Below are positions 27,437 to 37,594 of a DNA stretch of 64,000 nt, in pieces. Below the pieces are notes generated by a model. That model saw only the letters and a program-made list of their open reading frames with translations, was not told the DNA's origin and made no database searches. Source of the DNA: a virus; the IMG/VR virus record IMGVR_UViG_3300030060_006882, positions 10,703 to 74,702 of that record; one strand, 5' to 3'. The translations under genes were made by a program, and so were the position numbers. The stretch's first letter is position 1; the number at the start of each line of letters is the position of its first letter.

Positions 27437-28896
27437 AATAGACTAATACCAATCTTTCTATCGAATAAATTCAATTTATTAATTTCAGTATCCATATATT
27501 TGGAGTCATTTAACACATGTGTAGTAGAAACCTCTTCAATTACACATCCGTTTTTACTTCTAAAAGAATGTTCTGCTTTTCTAGAAATAATTTTTGGGAC
27601 ACCAAGTTCAAGAGGAACATCTCTACCATTCAAATTTAAGATACAGTCTCCATACAACAATTCAAACGCCTCCTCCTTTTGAATGTGGTGGTGAATTGGA
27701 TGTGACTGCTCAGGAAAAACAATAATTATTTTTTTACAATATTCCCTATTCACCTTATCAATTATCAAAGCACCCGTTTCAAAAAATCTTTCTAATCCAT
27801 AGTGACAAGATATTTCTACTTTATCTTTTTCTGATATTTTTATCTTAGATTCATCTAATATTTTTAATGCTTTCCTTTTAATATCTGAGATAATGACTTC
27901 TTTATCAACAGATACAAAGTCTTTTGTATAAACACCAGAATCGAGTTCGATATCATTTGTCGAAACACTTCCGATTACTTCATATAGGTGAGAAGCATCC
28001 ATTTGGTTTTCTTGAGTTGGCATTGCAAAATACAAATCGTCTCGGTGTATAAGCTCCCCTGCTTTAATTTTTCTGTTGACATACATGCCTCTTTTAAGAC
28101 TTCTAAGTGAATCCTTTTCTTCAGTTGAAACTCCGCTTATAGAAGACTGCAATCTCTGTACTTTAACAACTAAATCTTCAGCTTGTTCTGGATTGACACT
28201 ATATTTATTCAGTGATATTTCATCCGTTGGAACACCTACATGCTTTTCTATAATACTACATCCCATAGAAACTGCAAATGGCACCAAGGAATCTTCATCT
28301 GGAGACTCATGTGTAGAAAAACCTATTTCTATATCATGAAATTCTTCTTGTAACATCCTAATTCTGTTTAGATTAGATTTTTCTACTGGTGTTGGATATT
28401 CTCCAACACAATGCATAAATGCAAAGTCTCTATCATTTTTCTTAAACAGATTGTATACTTTCTTCAGTAAATCGAACTCTGCTCCAGCAGTCGATATAAT
28501 AATTTTTTTGTTTATCTTACAAACTTCTTCTAATAAAGGCCAGTCATCTATAGAGCAACTAGCAATCTTAATAACATCAATGTCTAGACTATTCATCCAA
28601 CACAGAGATTCATTATCAAATGGTGTAGCCATAGTTTTCATACCAGAGTTTCTAATATGATCTACGATTTCACTAAACTGCTCGTATGATAATTTTGTTT
28701 CGTTGAACCTCTTAACGTATTTTAAATCTGATTTTTGATAGTCTTTGTGTATAAAACTTTCCAGTTGTCTAAACTGTAGTTTTATAGCAGACGATAATTT
28801 ATACTTTTTAGATAATTTAGCAAAATCATCTACTATATTCTTTGCATGAGAAACACATCCCATGTGATTATTAGCCATTTCAAAAACGTAAAACAT
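27433..28896 (-). CDS. neuB: Nonulosonic acid synthase fused to SAF and cupin domains
   Basis: EMANNH.G, KLQ, TPFD, KIAS, HCV..YP, GFSTH and IEKH; C-terminal QSHP.HHH..KEE cupin. Confidence 0.88.
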   Translation of the reverse strand: MFYVFEMANNHMGCVSHAKNIVDDFAKLSKKYKLSSAIKLQFRQLESFIHKDYQKSDLKYVKRFNETKLSYEQFSEIVDHIRNSGMKTMATPFDNESLCWMNSLDIDVIKIASCSIDDWPLLEEVCKINKKIIISTAGAEFDLLKKVYNLFKKNDRDFAFMHCVGEYPTPVEKSNLNRIRMLQEEFHDIEIGFSTHESPDEDSLVPFAVSMGCSIIEKHVGVPTDEISLNKYSVNPEQAEDLVVKVQRLQSSISGVSTEEKDSLRSLKRGMYVNRKIKAGELIHRDDLYFAMPTQENQMDASHLYEVIGSVSTNDIELDSGVYTKDFVSVDKEVIISDIKRKALKILDESKIKISEKDKVEISCHYGLERFFETGALIIDKVNREYCKKIIIVFPEQSHPIHHHIQKEEAFELLYGDCILNLNGRDVPLELGVPKIISRKAEHSFRSKNGCVIEEVSTTHVLNDSKYMDTEINKLNLFDRKIGISLL

Positions 28897-29538
28897 TTAA
28901 CTGTTCCTTTTAGTTAAATTTTCCATATCAAAGGGAGTGTCTATATCTAGAGCATGTTTTATTGGAAAATATAAAGTATCTTCATTATATAAATTCAAGT
29001 TTAAGTTTGGTAGCTCACTACACTCAAACATAGAGACAAACCAAGAAATTCTAAAACACTTTGGATAATCTTGTCTCCTGTATAAGTCATGACAAACAAT
29101 CTGTTTACCCATGTTGTCCTCTAGTTCAAATGCACATAAATATGGGTGATCTTTTACAATTTCTTCTCTACATAGTAAACTTTTTGATTTTTTATTCTTA
29201 TACCAATCATAAATTGCCAGAATATCAGACCAAGATCTTTCTGGATATGTTAGGTACATCATTACAATAGTTCCTGTTAATCCATAATCATCAATAACCT
29301 CTTTTAAACATTCTGTAGTAGAAGCAGTATTAGTTGCACTATTTTCACTTCTTCTATGAACTCTAGTTCCACAATCCAATCCCATAGATTCTATTAAATC
29401 ATCATTAGTAGTTATAATTGTATTGGATATTAAATATTCTTTGGGTATAACCGAAATAGTATTTTCAAGTAGTAATCTATTTTTAAAAGGGATTTCTTGT
29501 GAATCTCTTCTGGCTGGTATAATAAAAGTACAATTCAT
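28897..29538 (-). CDS. neuA: CMP-nonulosonate synthetase (acylneuraminate cytidylyltransferase)
   Basis: IIPAR..S..IP.KN, T.P.R, RRQD and DIDT..D motifs. Confidence 0.8.
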   Translation of the reverse strand: MNCTFIIPARRDSQEIPFKNRLLLENTISVIPKEYLISNTIITTNDDLIESMGLDCGTRVHRRSENSATNTASTTECLKEVIDDYGLTGTIVMMYLTYPERSWSDILAIYDWYKNKKSKSLLCREEIVKDHPYLCAFELEDNMGKQIVCHDLYRRQDYPKCFRISWFVSMFECSELPNLNLNLYNEDTLYFPIKHALDIDTPFDMENLTKRNS

Positions 29539-29545
29539 TTTAATT

Positions 29546-30145
29546 CTATTCTACAAATTTAACATTATAAAGTTTTCGTAATATATCTTCTTCTATATCA
29601 ATTTGATGGGTACTAAATGGCTTATTTACTTTTTCATAATAATGATCATGATTATCTTGTCTGAAAAAGTCAAACCCATAGCAACTAACCTCATCAAATT
29701 CTTTGGAAGCAATAACAATAGCACAAAAGCCGGATGTCAATGAATCAATTTTATCTTTGTATTTCAAAACATAATCAGGAACTATAGCCATGTCATTATT
29801 GATTATTTTTTTTATATTTTTTAGTCCCTCTGAATTAGCATCTTTCAAATATAAAAATTCATTATCTTCAATCAATTGACTTATTTTTATACTTTCCCAT
29901 TTTTCAAATTCGGATGTGTAGTGATCCAACATAGCATTAAAATCAACCATAGAAGAAAGAACATGAGTATTAAGAACTCTCTTGTCTGTTCTAGAACCCA
30001 CATGTTTTTCGTATCCACGAACTACAGCTCGGTTACATCTAATTACACAATCATACGAATCGATTTCTTCGCCATATAAGTTATCAAGAATTGAAGGTCC
30101 ACTTCCAACTACAGCACATTTACTTTTTTCCATGATACAATCCAA
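29546..30145 (-). CDS. GT29 sialyltransferase
   Basis: Sialylmotif L (CAVVGSG...IDSYDCVIRCN...VGSRT), S (TSG...V..YGF), III (HYYE) and VS (HxxxxE). Confidence 0.85.
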   Translation of the reverse strand: MDCIMEKSKCAVVGSGPSILDNLYGEEIDSYDCVIRCNRAVVRGYEKHVGSRTDKRVLNTHVLSSMVDFNAMLDHYTSEFEKWESIKISQLIEDNEFLYLKDANSEGLKNIKKIINNDMAIVPDYVLKYKDKIDSLTSGFCAIVIASKEFDEVSCYGFDFFRQDNHDHYYEKVNKPFSTHQIDIEEDILRKLYNVKFVE

Positions 30146-30152
30146 TCAAATA

Positions 30153-30791
30153 TTAAGAGCCATTAGTTCTTGTAAAATGTTCTGGTATTGGTTCTGTATA
30201 GTTCATCTTGTGATCTCTGCTAGAAAAACAGTAAAGAAGTGAATCATTTGGAATTGTCTCAATAAATTCTCCAGCACTATTTTTAAATCCAAGAGAGAAT
30301 GAATCTGCATATTCTAAATATGTGTCACCTACATTAATAGATTCCCATTTCCTAGACTTTCTTGTTTTTGTTCCCATACCATGAATATTAAACCCGTTGG
30401 ATTTATAGAATTCATAATATAAAGCAGGACTAATCGAATAATACCCTCTACCGTAAAACCCAGACAAATTTGAAGTATGAAATACACAACCATTATCTTT
30501 TAGCATATTTGTTATATTTTCAAGAACCATTGCAATGTTAAAACAACAATATAATGTCCCGGAATCTATCACCCAGTCATACTTATTGTGAAATTCTGAA
30601 GGAATTGGTTCATTTAGATTTAACTTATTGGTAGGATTTCCATTTATATCAAATGTTTCTACTTCAGAAAATCCCAAGACATCAAAATTTCCATTTATAG
30701 CACAATCTCCTAGAATTGCACATACATTTCCATCGGAAAATTGTTTTCTATAAGACTGCAAAAGACTAAAATCTTCTGGTTCAATTGCCAC
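30153..30791 (-). CDS. SAM-dependent methyltransferase-like protein
   Basis: FDING, YDWVIDSGTL, G.Y.ISP..Y..FY..NGF. Confidence 0.6.
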   Translation of the reverse strand: MAIEPEDFSLLQSYRKQFSDGNVCAILGDCAINGNFDVLGFSEVETFDINGNPTNKLNLNEPIPSEFHNKYDWVIDSGTLYCCFNIAMVLENITNMLKDNGCVFHTSNLSGFYGRGYYSISPALYYEFYKSNGFNIHGMGTKTRKSRKWESINVGDTYLEYADSFSLGFKNSAGEFIETIPNDSLLYCFSSRDHKMNYTEPIPEHFTRTNGS

Positions 30792-31599
30792 TATAATATT
30801 CCTCTAGTTTAACTTTCAAGAAATCAGTATCTGCTGAGACTATTTTTACATTTTCTGGAATCTCTTCATCGTTTTTTTCAACAGAAATTGGATTATAATC
30901 TACGGTATTATTATAATCATGATAAGAACAAAATGCATCAGATAAATCTTGCAATTTCACATTAAAACATTCATCTACTGAAATTATACCAGAAGAATCT
31001 ATATTGTCAAGAATAGTTTTAGACATTTCAGTTACCATAATAAAATACCTAGAAGGATTATTTACATTAACCCCAATTGGTTCTGAGTTTATCCTTTTAG
31101 TTTCCCATATGTCCAGTACACTCCCCGTAGAAAAGAAAAAATTAACTCCTTGTATCAAAGAATATCCGTTTTCTAACATAGCCTTTTCCATTAGTAGTTT
31201 ACTAGATCCATAAACGCTAGTTGGACTTATGGCTTTATCTGTGCTAACAGCAACTATATTTGTTATTTCTAAATCATTTGCTATTTCTATTAAATTCAAA
31301 CTACCAATTACATTTGTTTTAATTGTTTTAGTTGGATTGCTCTCACATAGACCTATGTGTTTCATTGCAGCACAATGAATTATGTGTGTTATATTATTTT
31401 CTCTTATAACTTTTCTTAAACTAGAATAATCAGTAGATATATCCAAACAATATGTCTTAACTCCTGGAACATTTTCTTGAAATTTTTTATCTCTAGTTTC
31501 TGAGTGTGAAATTCCAACACAATTTATTTTTCTAGAAACACAATCCTTTGCAATTTGTGTTCCTAAAAATCCAGTAATTCCTGTCACTAAAACATTCAT
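30781..31599 (-). CDS. UDP-sugar 4,6-dehydratase (PseB/CapD-like)
   Basis: TGITGFLG, HCAAMKH, STDKA..P..YG.SK. Confidence 0.85.
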   Translation of the reverse strand: MNVLVTGITGFLGTQIAKDCVSRKINCVGISHSETRDKKFQENVPGVKTYCLDISTDYSSLRKVIRENNITHIIHCAAMKHIGLCESNPTKTIKTNVIGSLNLIEIANDLEITNIVAVSTDKAISPTSVYGSSKLLMEKAMLENGYSLIQGVNFFFSTGSVLDIWETKRINSEPIGVNVNNPSRYFIMVTEMSKTILDNIDSSGIISVDECFNVKLQDLSDAFCSYHDYNNTVDYNPISVEKNDEEIPENVKIVSADTDFLKVKLEEYYSGN

Positions 31600-31611
31600 A
31601 ATATATTACTC

Positions 31612-32328
31612 CTAAAAGGTAAAATTAGTTCCTGCGGGTATTTCCATTTCATCTATTACGTCTTTAAATGAAGAAAATGATTTCTCATCCCTGAAATATA
31701 TACCTTCAACACAACTATCCCAAGATGCATACCCATTCCTATGCTCTTCTTTATTTATAGAGTCATAGCAATCGAGCATACTCGCTTTCACAGAGCAATC
31801 AACCTTAAACCTAGCATAAATTTGAAATGGGTAATTAAGAACCTGTGATAAAGTTATTAAATGAGTATTTGCTAAACGTTTCATGTGTGGTAATACAGAA
31901 TTCATACTTAATGGCAATGAAATAGTACTGAAGAAAGCAAACTTAGGTTGTGTCCTGTTGAGATAATTAAAAAGTTCTATATGCTGTACGTGATTATGTT
32001 CATCACCAAACGGAGAATGTGTTACTACCAGATCAATATCTTCACTAGTTAGTCCAATATCATTTAAACATTTTAAAAAAGTTTCTTCTATTCCTGAAAG
32101 AGATATTCCACCTCTAGTGGGAATTTCAATATCACCAACGGACCATTTTTTTATGCCGATAGTATCCATGACACTTTTAAATTCAGAATAACGAAACTCA
32201 TGATTCCTACCAGTCACACAAATAACAGAAGGTTCTGCTGATTTACTTTGATTTAAAAAATGTAAAAGTCCTCCAACCCATAAACTCTCGTCATCTGGAT
32301 GAGCAACTACAAATACTACATTATTCAT
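31612..32328 (-). CDS. PIG-L/LmbE family N-deacetylase
   Basis: AHPDDE and TH...G...H..H motifs. Confidence 0.85.
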   Translation of the reverse strand: MNNVVFVVAHPDDESLWVGGLLHFLNQSKSAEPSVICVTGRNHEFRYSEFKSVMDTIGIKKWSVGDIEIPTRGGISLSGIEETFLKCLNDIGLTSEDIDLVVTHSPFGDEHNHVQHIELFNYLNRTQPKFAFFSTISLPLSMNSVLPHMKRLANTHLITLSQVLNYPFQIYARFKVDCSVKASMLDCYDSINKEEHRNGYASWDSCVEGIYFRDEKSFSSFKDVIDEMEIPAGTNFTF

Positions 32329-33017
32329 TTATTTTTTTCCAATATAATAGAAAAGTTTTCTTTATTCATATTAAACTTTAGTATCGAATATCCAAAGACA
32401 TCAGCATGTTTTTCGTAAAAATCATACCACTCAGTACAAGTTTTAATATTTATATGTGCTCCTTTGTACTTGTACTTATCATTACGCAGATATGTATCCA
32501 CAAATGCATTTGATATAGCAGTTTCATATAGTACATATTTTTTGCTAACTCGCACAGCTTCTTTTAAACAATCAATTTCCCATTCTACAGGAATATGTTC
32601 CATTCCATCAGTATGCTGAACCAGTTCAAAACTATTATCATCAAAAATACTCAAATCCATTGCATTGCATACAAATACTTTATCTGAAAAATCAGGAAAA
32701 TTCTTCTTTAGAAGAGAAACAAATACATCGGATATATCGATGCCAAACACATCTACATTTTCGAATGTCCCAACCCATGACATTACACCTCCAGGTCCAC
32801 TTCCAATATCTAAAACTTTATTAGGTTGCACTTCGCAGACTAAATCATCTTTATTTGAAAAATTGTTTAGAATTTCTAAATACATTTCTGAAACATCTCC
32901 CAAAGATTTAGTCAATCTATCAATTGCAGTAGATCTTTCTGTGTCGGAGCCGTATCCTTGAGATTCAACCAAGTAATTATACTTGATGGTTTCTTGTTGT
33001 TCTAACTTAAATTCCAT
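32325..33017 (-). CDS. Class I SAM methyltransferase
   Basis: VLDIGSGPG, GIDIS, FDDNSFELV and MEHI motifs. Confidence 0.85.
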   Translation of the reverse strand: MEFKLEQQETIKYNYLVESQGYGSDTERSTAIDRLTKSLGDVSEMYLEILNNFSNKDDLVCEVQPNKVLDIGSGPGGVMSWVGTFENVDVFGIDISDVFVSLLKKNFPDFSDKVFVCNAMDLSIFDDNSFELVQHTDGMEHIPVEWEIDCLKEAVRVSKKYVLYETAISNAFVDTYLRNDKYKYKGAHINIKTCTEWYDFYEKHADVFGYSILKFNMNKENFSIILEKNK

Positions 33018-34065
33018 GTGTTAAACTTTCATAAAAAGTATTAAAATTTTCAAACTTCATAGCATGTCCATGACCATGACGACTATCCACCCAAGGTAAA
33101 TCCGTATAATGTGCTGGCAATCTACTAACTAAATCATCAGTATTTATTAATTCACCATTGAAGATCATATTATGTTTTGCATATAGTTTGTTAAAATACC
33201 CTTTTAATTTTATGATTGATTCATCACTTAATAGATCAGATTCTATCTCTTCCATATTCATTTTAAAATTATCATAAGATTCTACCGCATCTATTAAAGT
33301 TAAATGTGCATCTTGATATGAATCAAATAACAATGAATTTGTTTCGTTTAAAAAATCTTGTCCACTTCCTTTTTGACCTTTCCAAATTACTACCGGAACA
33401 CCACACAAAAGGGATTCGGGTATGACACCGGGAAAACCTTCCGTCATAGAATATAAAGTAGAAATCTTAGATGATTGATAGAAAAATGCTAGTTGTTTTT
33501 TTGACAATCCTTTAAACTCTAAGTCTTTACCCAATCTCATGAGAGTAAACATATCTCTCTCTTCTGGACTGAACATTTCATAATAAACATCTGCTATATC
33601 AGTAAAATGATCCTGTGTCGTTTCTTCTTCCCGAGAAGCACAAACTAAAAGTATATTGTACTTTTTACCCATATCATATATTTTTCTTATACTAACAAAA
33701 AAAGATCTTAATTCTTTAACATTACCATTTCTAGAAATGTTTATTATATCCCAATACTTAGGGTAATTAGTTTTAGAAAAGAATTTATTGGAAGTAAAAT
33801 TTCCGCTGGCCATAGGTATTTCAAATACATTCGGATAATTCATATAAACATCAGTTACTGATCTTCTGCCCATATAAAAATCACAAAAAGAAGGATTTCT
33901 TCCATATGAAAATCCTCCATAATGAACTCCAATAAAATATTTATCTTTAAGTTCAGAAATCATCGAATGTGTTTTTTGATCCGAAATAATATAATCAACC
34001 TCTAAGTGAGTCAATACTATTATTCCTTTATTTCCATTGTCTGGTTTTTTAAATAAATGCGCCAT
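33007..34065 (-). CDS. GT-B glycosyltransferase (GT4-like)
   Basis: S..EGFPGVIPESLLCGVPVV (Ex7E) motif. Confidence 0.8.
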   Translation of the reverse strand: MAHLFKKPDNGNKGIIVLTHLEVDYIISDQKTHSMISELKDKYFIGVHYGGFSYGRNPSFCDFYMGRRSVTDVYMNYPNVFEIPMASGNFTSNKFFSKTNYPKYWDIINISRNGNVKELRSFFVSIRKIYDMGKKYNILLVCASREEETTQDHFTDIADVYYEMFSPEERDMFTLMRLGKDLEFKGLSKKQLAFFYQSSKISTLYSMTEGFPGVIPESLLCGVPVVIWKGQKGSGQDFLNETNSLLFDSYQDAHLTLIDAVESYDNFKMNMEEIESDLLSDESIIKLKGYFNKLYAKHNMIFNGELINTDDLVSRLPAHYTDLPWVDSRHGHGHAMKFENFNTFYESLTHGI

Positions 34066-34093
34066 TAATTATCTTTCTGTATTTTTATGCGAT

Positions 34094-34846
34094 TCACCCT
34101 AGTGGTCTATTGTGAACATATATGGCTGTTCTAGTTTCGCCTTCATTCTTTATATCACCACCCGCATGGAAAACATCAGTATCAATTGCAACTAGATCCC
34201 CAAGATCACATTCCACATAAACCGCATCCTCTTCATTAACCGTAACCATCTCCGAAGGAAAATCTACCAGTCGATGAGGCATTCCACCCTGAATACCCTT
34301 CTTATCTGTTTTCCACATCCACTCTTCTCTTATCTTCTTACCTACTTCTCTACTACCGGGAATGACTTTCAATGCTCCATTTTCTGGTGTAGTTTTAGTA
34401 AGGAAGGTTGCATATTTAAATGATTCATATGGATCAACATGCATCCACGATTGTCTACCCAATTCATCTTCTTCTACTTTGCCAATTTCTCTTGAACTAA
34501 AAGTTTGTAAAAACTTATTACAGTTTCCACCATAATATTCATCTACTTGATTTGCCAAAGTTGCATCATTAAAAATTAACTGCGTTAAAACAGGAGTATT
34601 TTGATAAAAAGAGGAACTTATTCTAAGACCCTTTCCGGGAGGAAAGTCTTTTTCTAATTTAAGATTTCCACCATCACAATATCCAGTACATCCATCCTGA
34701 ACATACTCATACAACGAATCAAATTCATCTTTCAGTTTTTTAGACTCTTCAATAGAAAAATAGTTTTTAATAATACAGAAACCATATTTTTTTACTGTTT
34801 CTGCAATTTTGTCAGAATCTTTCTTTTCTAAAATATATTCTTTCAT
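34094..34846 (-). CDS. PhyH-family 2OG-Fe(II) dioxygenase
   Basis: YGFCIIK, H.D, ENGAL.VIPGS, HAG....R motifs. Confidence 0.85.
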   Translation of the reverse strand: MKEYILEKKDSDKIAETVKKYGFCIIKNYFSIEESKKLKDEFDSLYEYVQDGCTGYCDGGNLKLEKDFPPGKGLRISSSFYQNTPVLTQLIFNDATLANQVDEYYGGNCNKFLQTFSSREIGKVEEDELGRQSWMHVDPYESFKYATFLTKTTPENGALKVIPGSREVGKKIREEWMWKTDKKGIQGGMPHRLVDFPSEMVTVNEEDAVYVECDLGDLVAIDTDVFHAGGDIKNEGETRTAIYVHNRPLG

Positions 34847-35262
34847 TCCATATCACCCTTTAATTTTTTATATTGATTAAAATCATGAATATAATCCGAT
34901 TGATTATATTCTGTGTTAGATAAAACCAAAAGAACCGTATCTTCGGTAGTATATACTTGCTCATCCCAGATCATTTCTGGAATATATAAAGCTTGCTGTG
35001 GAGATTCTAATAAGTAGCTTACTTCTTTGTTTTCGTCTTTACAGATAACTTTAACTTTTCCTGATAAACAAATCAATAATTGTTTAGTCTGGATGTGTGC
35101 ATGTTTTCCTCGTATTTTGTTATTTGCAACTCCATACACGTAAAATACTCGTTTTATATCAAAAGGAATATCCTTTCCCGACTCGATAGGACATAGAATA
35201 CCACTTTCATTTAATATTGCATTTGTATTATAAAAACTAACATCATCAACAGAAGTACACAT
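34843..35262 (-). CDS. dTDP-4-keto-6-deoxyhexose 3,4-isomerase (FdtA/QdtA cupin)
   Basis: IPFDIKRVFY..RGKHAH...YIHD motifs. Confidence 0.9.
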   Translation of the reverse strand: MCTSVDDVSFYNTNAILNESGILCPIESGKDIPFDIKRVFYVYGVANNKIRGKHAHIQTKQLLICLSGKVKVICKDENKEVSYLLESPQQALYIPEMIWDEQVYTTEDTVLLVLSNTEYNQSDYIHDFNQYKKLKGDME

Positions 35263-35263
35263 T

Positions 35264-36214
35264 TCATCTCCAATATTCTTTCACTTTACATATTATATAG
35301 TCTGTTTCATCAGATGTCAACATGTGATGTAGAGGAATTGATATAGTCTCCTTAGAGGGTATTGTTACCTTTTCATTGAAGAAATATTCTTCTTGAGTAG
35401 GATTACATTCAGAAAATATAGGATTTAGATGTTGTGGTGTATAATGAATTCCACAAACAATTCCTTTATTTTTAAAATATTCCAATGCATCTGTATTGTC
35501 TTTCACATTTATTCTATACAGATGTCTACTTGTGTTATGTAGTCCTAACTCTTTATTGTATTTTTCTCTAACCTCATCTATTTTTTCGTATTTGCTATCG
35601 AGATTTTTTAGATTTCTAGAAGCAATAGTGGCTTGCATAGTAGACATGTAAGCCTTGAATCCAACTTGCTTCTGGACTCGGTTCCAAGAATCATCTGAAT
35701 AATCCATACCATAAAAAGAAAGGCTCTTCAAGTCATCAATCTTTTTTTTGTCATCAGAAACAACAATACCACCATCCAAAGACGAGAGAGGTTTTGTTGG
35801 ATAAAAAGAAAATACCATTAGACCATTTCCAAACTTATGATCCCACAGATGATTCCTATATTGATCTCTGTCAAGTTGCTGTGCAGAGTCAATAACTCCA
35901 TCACATAATTTGTATGCACCACCAACCCAGTCTGTATTAGAATTAAATTCTATGTTGACACCAGCATCAACCAATGCATTAGGAACCACAGGAGGGATCA
36001 TAGATGGAATTGTCATATTATCTGGAGTTATACAAACACTACTCTTCATTATTGCATAAAGTGCATATGAAGCACTAAAAAATGAAGCAGCGTATTTTGC
36101 ACCAACATACTCGCAAATTTCTTGTTCAAAATCTTTTACAATTTGTCCATGAAGTAGGTGATCAAACTCAGAGGTATCTATTGTGTGGTTATCGAACTCA
36201 AATAAATTAATCAC
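35264..36214 (-). CDS. DegT/DnrJ sugar aminotransferase
   Basis: DSAQ, FSFYPTK.L...DGG and IHY.P.H motifs. Confidence 0.88.
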   Translation of the reverse strand: MINLFEFDNHTIDTSEFDHLLHGQIVKDFEQEICEYVGAKYAASFFSASYALYAIMKSSVCITPDNMTIPSMIPPVVPNALVDAGVNIEFNSNTDWVGGAYKLCDGVIDSAQQLDRDQYRNHLWDHKFGNGLMVFSFYPTKPLSSLDGGIVVSDDKKKIDDLKSLSFYGMDYSDDSWNRVQKQVGFKAYMSTMQATIASRNLKNLDSKYEKIDEVREKYNKELGLHNTSRHLYRINVKDNTDALEYFKNKGIVCGIHYTPQHLNPIFSECNPTQEEYFFNEKVTIPSKETISIPLHHMLTSDETDYIICKVKEYWR

Positions 36215-36989
36215 TAGTAAATTCCATCAAACAAATCCAAGTGTAGTCAAGAAGTTCATTAATAATCGTATCATCATTAAAATAATTAAATTCAAAATGT
36301 GGTTCTGGTGTTTTATAGTTGTCTCCAGAATCACCCCATCTAGTCACATCAATTTTATATATTGGAGATAGTTCTTCGTAATGAATAATTGCATTTTCAA
36401 GACTAGACTTTACATCATCATCGAAAACATGCCATTGTCTATTTCCAGCTATATCAATAACATATTTATCGGACTCTAGAATTTTTTTAGGAGTAATACA
36501 ATCACCCTGATTTGGTGGATAATTATCCTCATCTATTACATATTTAAAACTTGAATTTGATATAAAATCTATTCTTGTATTAAAATCTACATGATCATCC
36601 AAAAAAAGAAGAGTATTTTCGGAGTTGTACTCCGGATTTTTTTCGAAGAAATCAACCCAATCATATTTTGTAATGTCATGGTGATAATAATCAACTTTAT
36701 CTGATATAAAACGTCTCCAACCCAAAGCGATATCAAAAGAAATAATTTTAGCATCAGGACAGACTTTCTCCATGAACCAAGTTCCTTGTCCGTGCCAAAT
36801 ACCACTTTCCACAATAAGTTTAGGATTTAATTTTTTTAATACTAGATATAAGTTAAACAAGTGAGGGATTTTCATACCTCCTTGATTATTTCTAATCGGT
36901 CTTTCTTTATATAAAGATAAAAAATCATTCATAAAATCAATTTTTTCTTCGGTTGTAAAATCTATAATTTTTTTATCTAATATTTTCAT
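36207..36989 (-). CDS. Methyltransferase-fold glycan-modifying protein
   Basis: IVESGIWHGQGTW, FLDDH and DEDNY motifs. Confidence 0.6.
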   Translation of the reverse strand: MKILDKKIIDFTTEEKIDFMNDFLSLYKERPIRNNQGGMKIPHLFNLYLVLKKLNPKLIVESGIWHGQGTWFMEKVCPDAKIISFDIALGWRRFISDKVDYYHHDITKYDWVDFFEKNPEYNSENTLLFLDDHVDFNTRIDFISNSSFKYVIDEDNYPPNQGDCITPKKILESDKYVIDIAGNRQWHVFDDDVKSSLENAIIHYEELSPIYKIDVTRWGDSGDNYKTPEPHFEFNYFNDDTIINELLDYTWICLMEFTSD

Positions 36990-36991
36990 GA

Positions 36992-37594
36992 TTAATTCCT
37001 AGTTAATTCTAAATCAAAAACATCTTCATATAAGTTTGTATAGTCAACAGTGTAATTATTATCGGTTATAGTTCTAAACAAGTCATCTGAATTATGAAAA
37101 AACTTGTAGGTCATAATATCATATGCCGCATATTCTTCGGAATAAGATTTATTATTTGTCAATCTAACTCTTTGTATCAGCAATCTTTTGGGTTTTAACT
37201 TTAATAAAGTCTCCAAAGCTTCATTACCATCTGGAAGCACGTCAAACAATGCATTTGCTACAACCATATCTGTATCTAAAATATCATCTTGTGTAAGATC
37301 TTTATAATTTAAACAATTAAAATTACCACCCCAAGTAGACTCTGCTAATTGTATTGCGTCAGGAGAATAATCATAACCAATATAATTAATTTTCATTTTT
37401 TCACATAAGTTATGATAAACTCCAGCACCACATCCGACATCAACAACTCGTTTGACATCAGAATAACTTTCAACAACAGCGATAAAATGTATCCAATGTG
37501 GAGGATAATTAGTATTCAGCTCATATATATTTCTCTGTAATTGTTGTTCAAAAGTGGACTTAGACTGTTTCCATGAATCTATGTGTTTGTGCAT
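36992..37594 (-). CDS. Class I SAM methyltransferase
   Basis: VVDVGCGAG and YIGYDYS motifs. Confidence 0.85.
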   Translation of the reverse strand: MHKHIDSWKQSKSTFEQQLQRNIYELNTNYPPHWIHFIAVVESYSDVKRVVDVGCGAGVYHNLCEKMKINYIGYDYSPDAIQLAESTWGGNFNCLNYKDLTQDDILDTDMVVANALFDVLPDGNEALETLLKLKPKRLLIQRVRLTNNKSYSEEYAAYDIMTYKFFHNSDDLFRTITDNNYTVDYTNLYEDVFDLELTRN

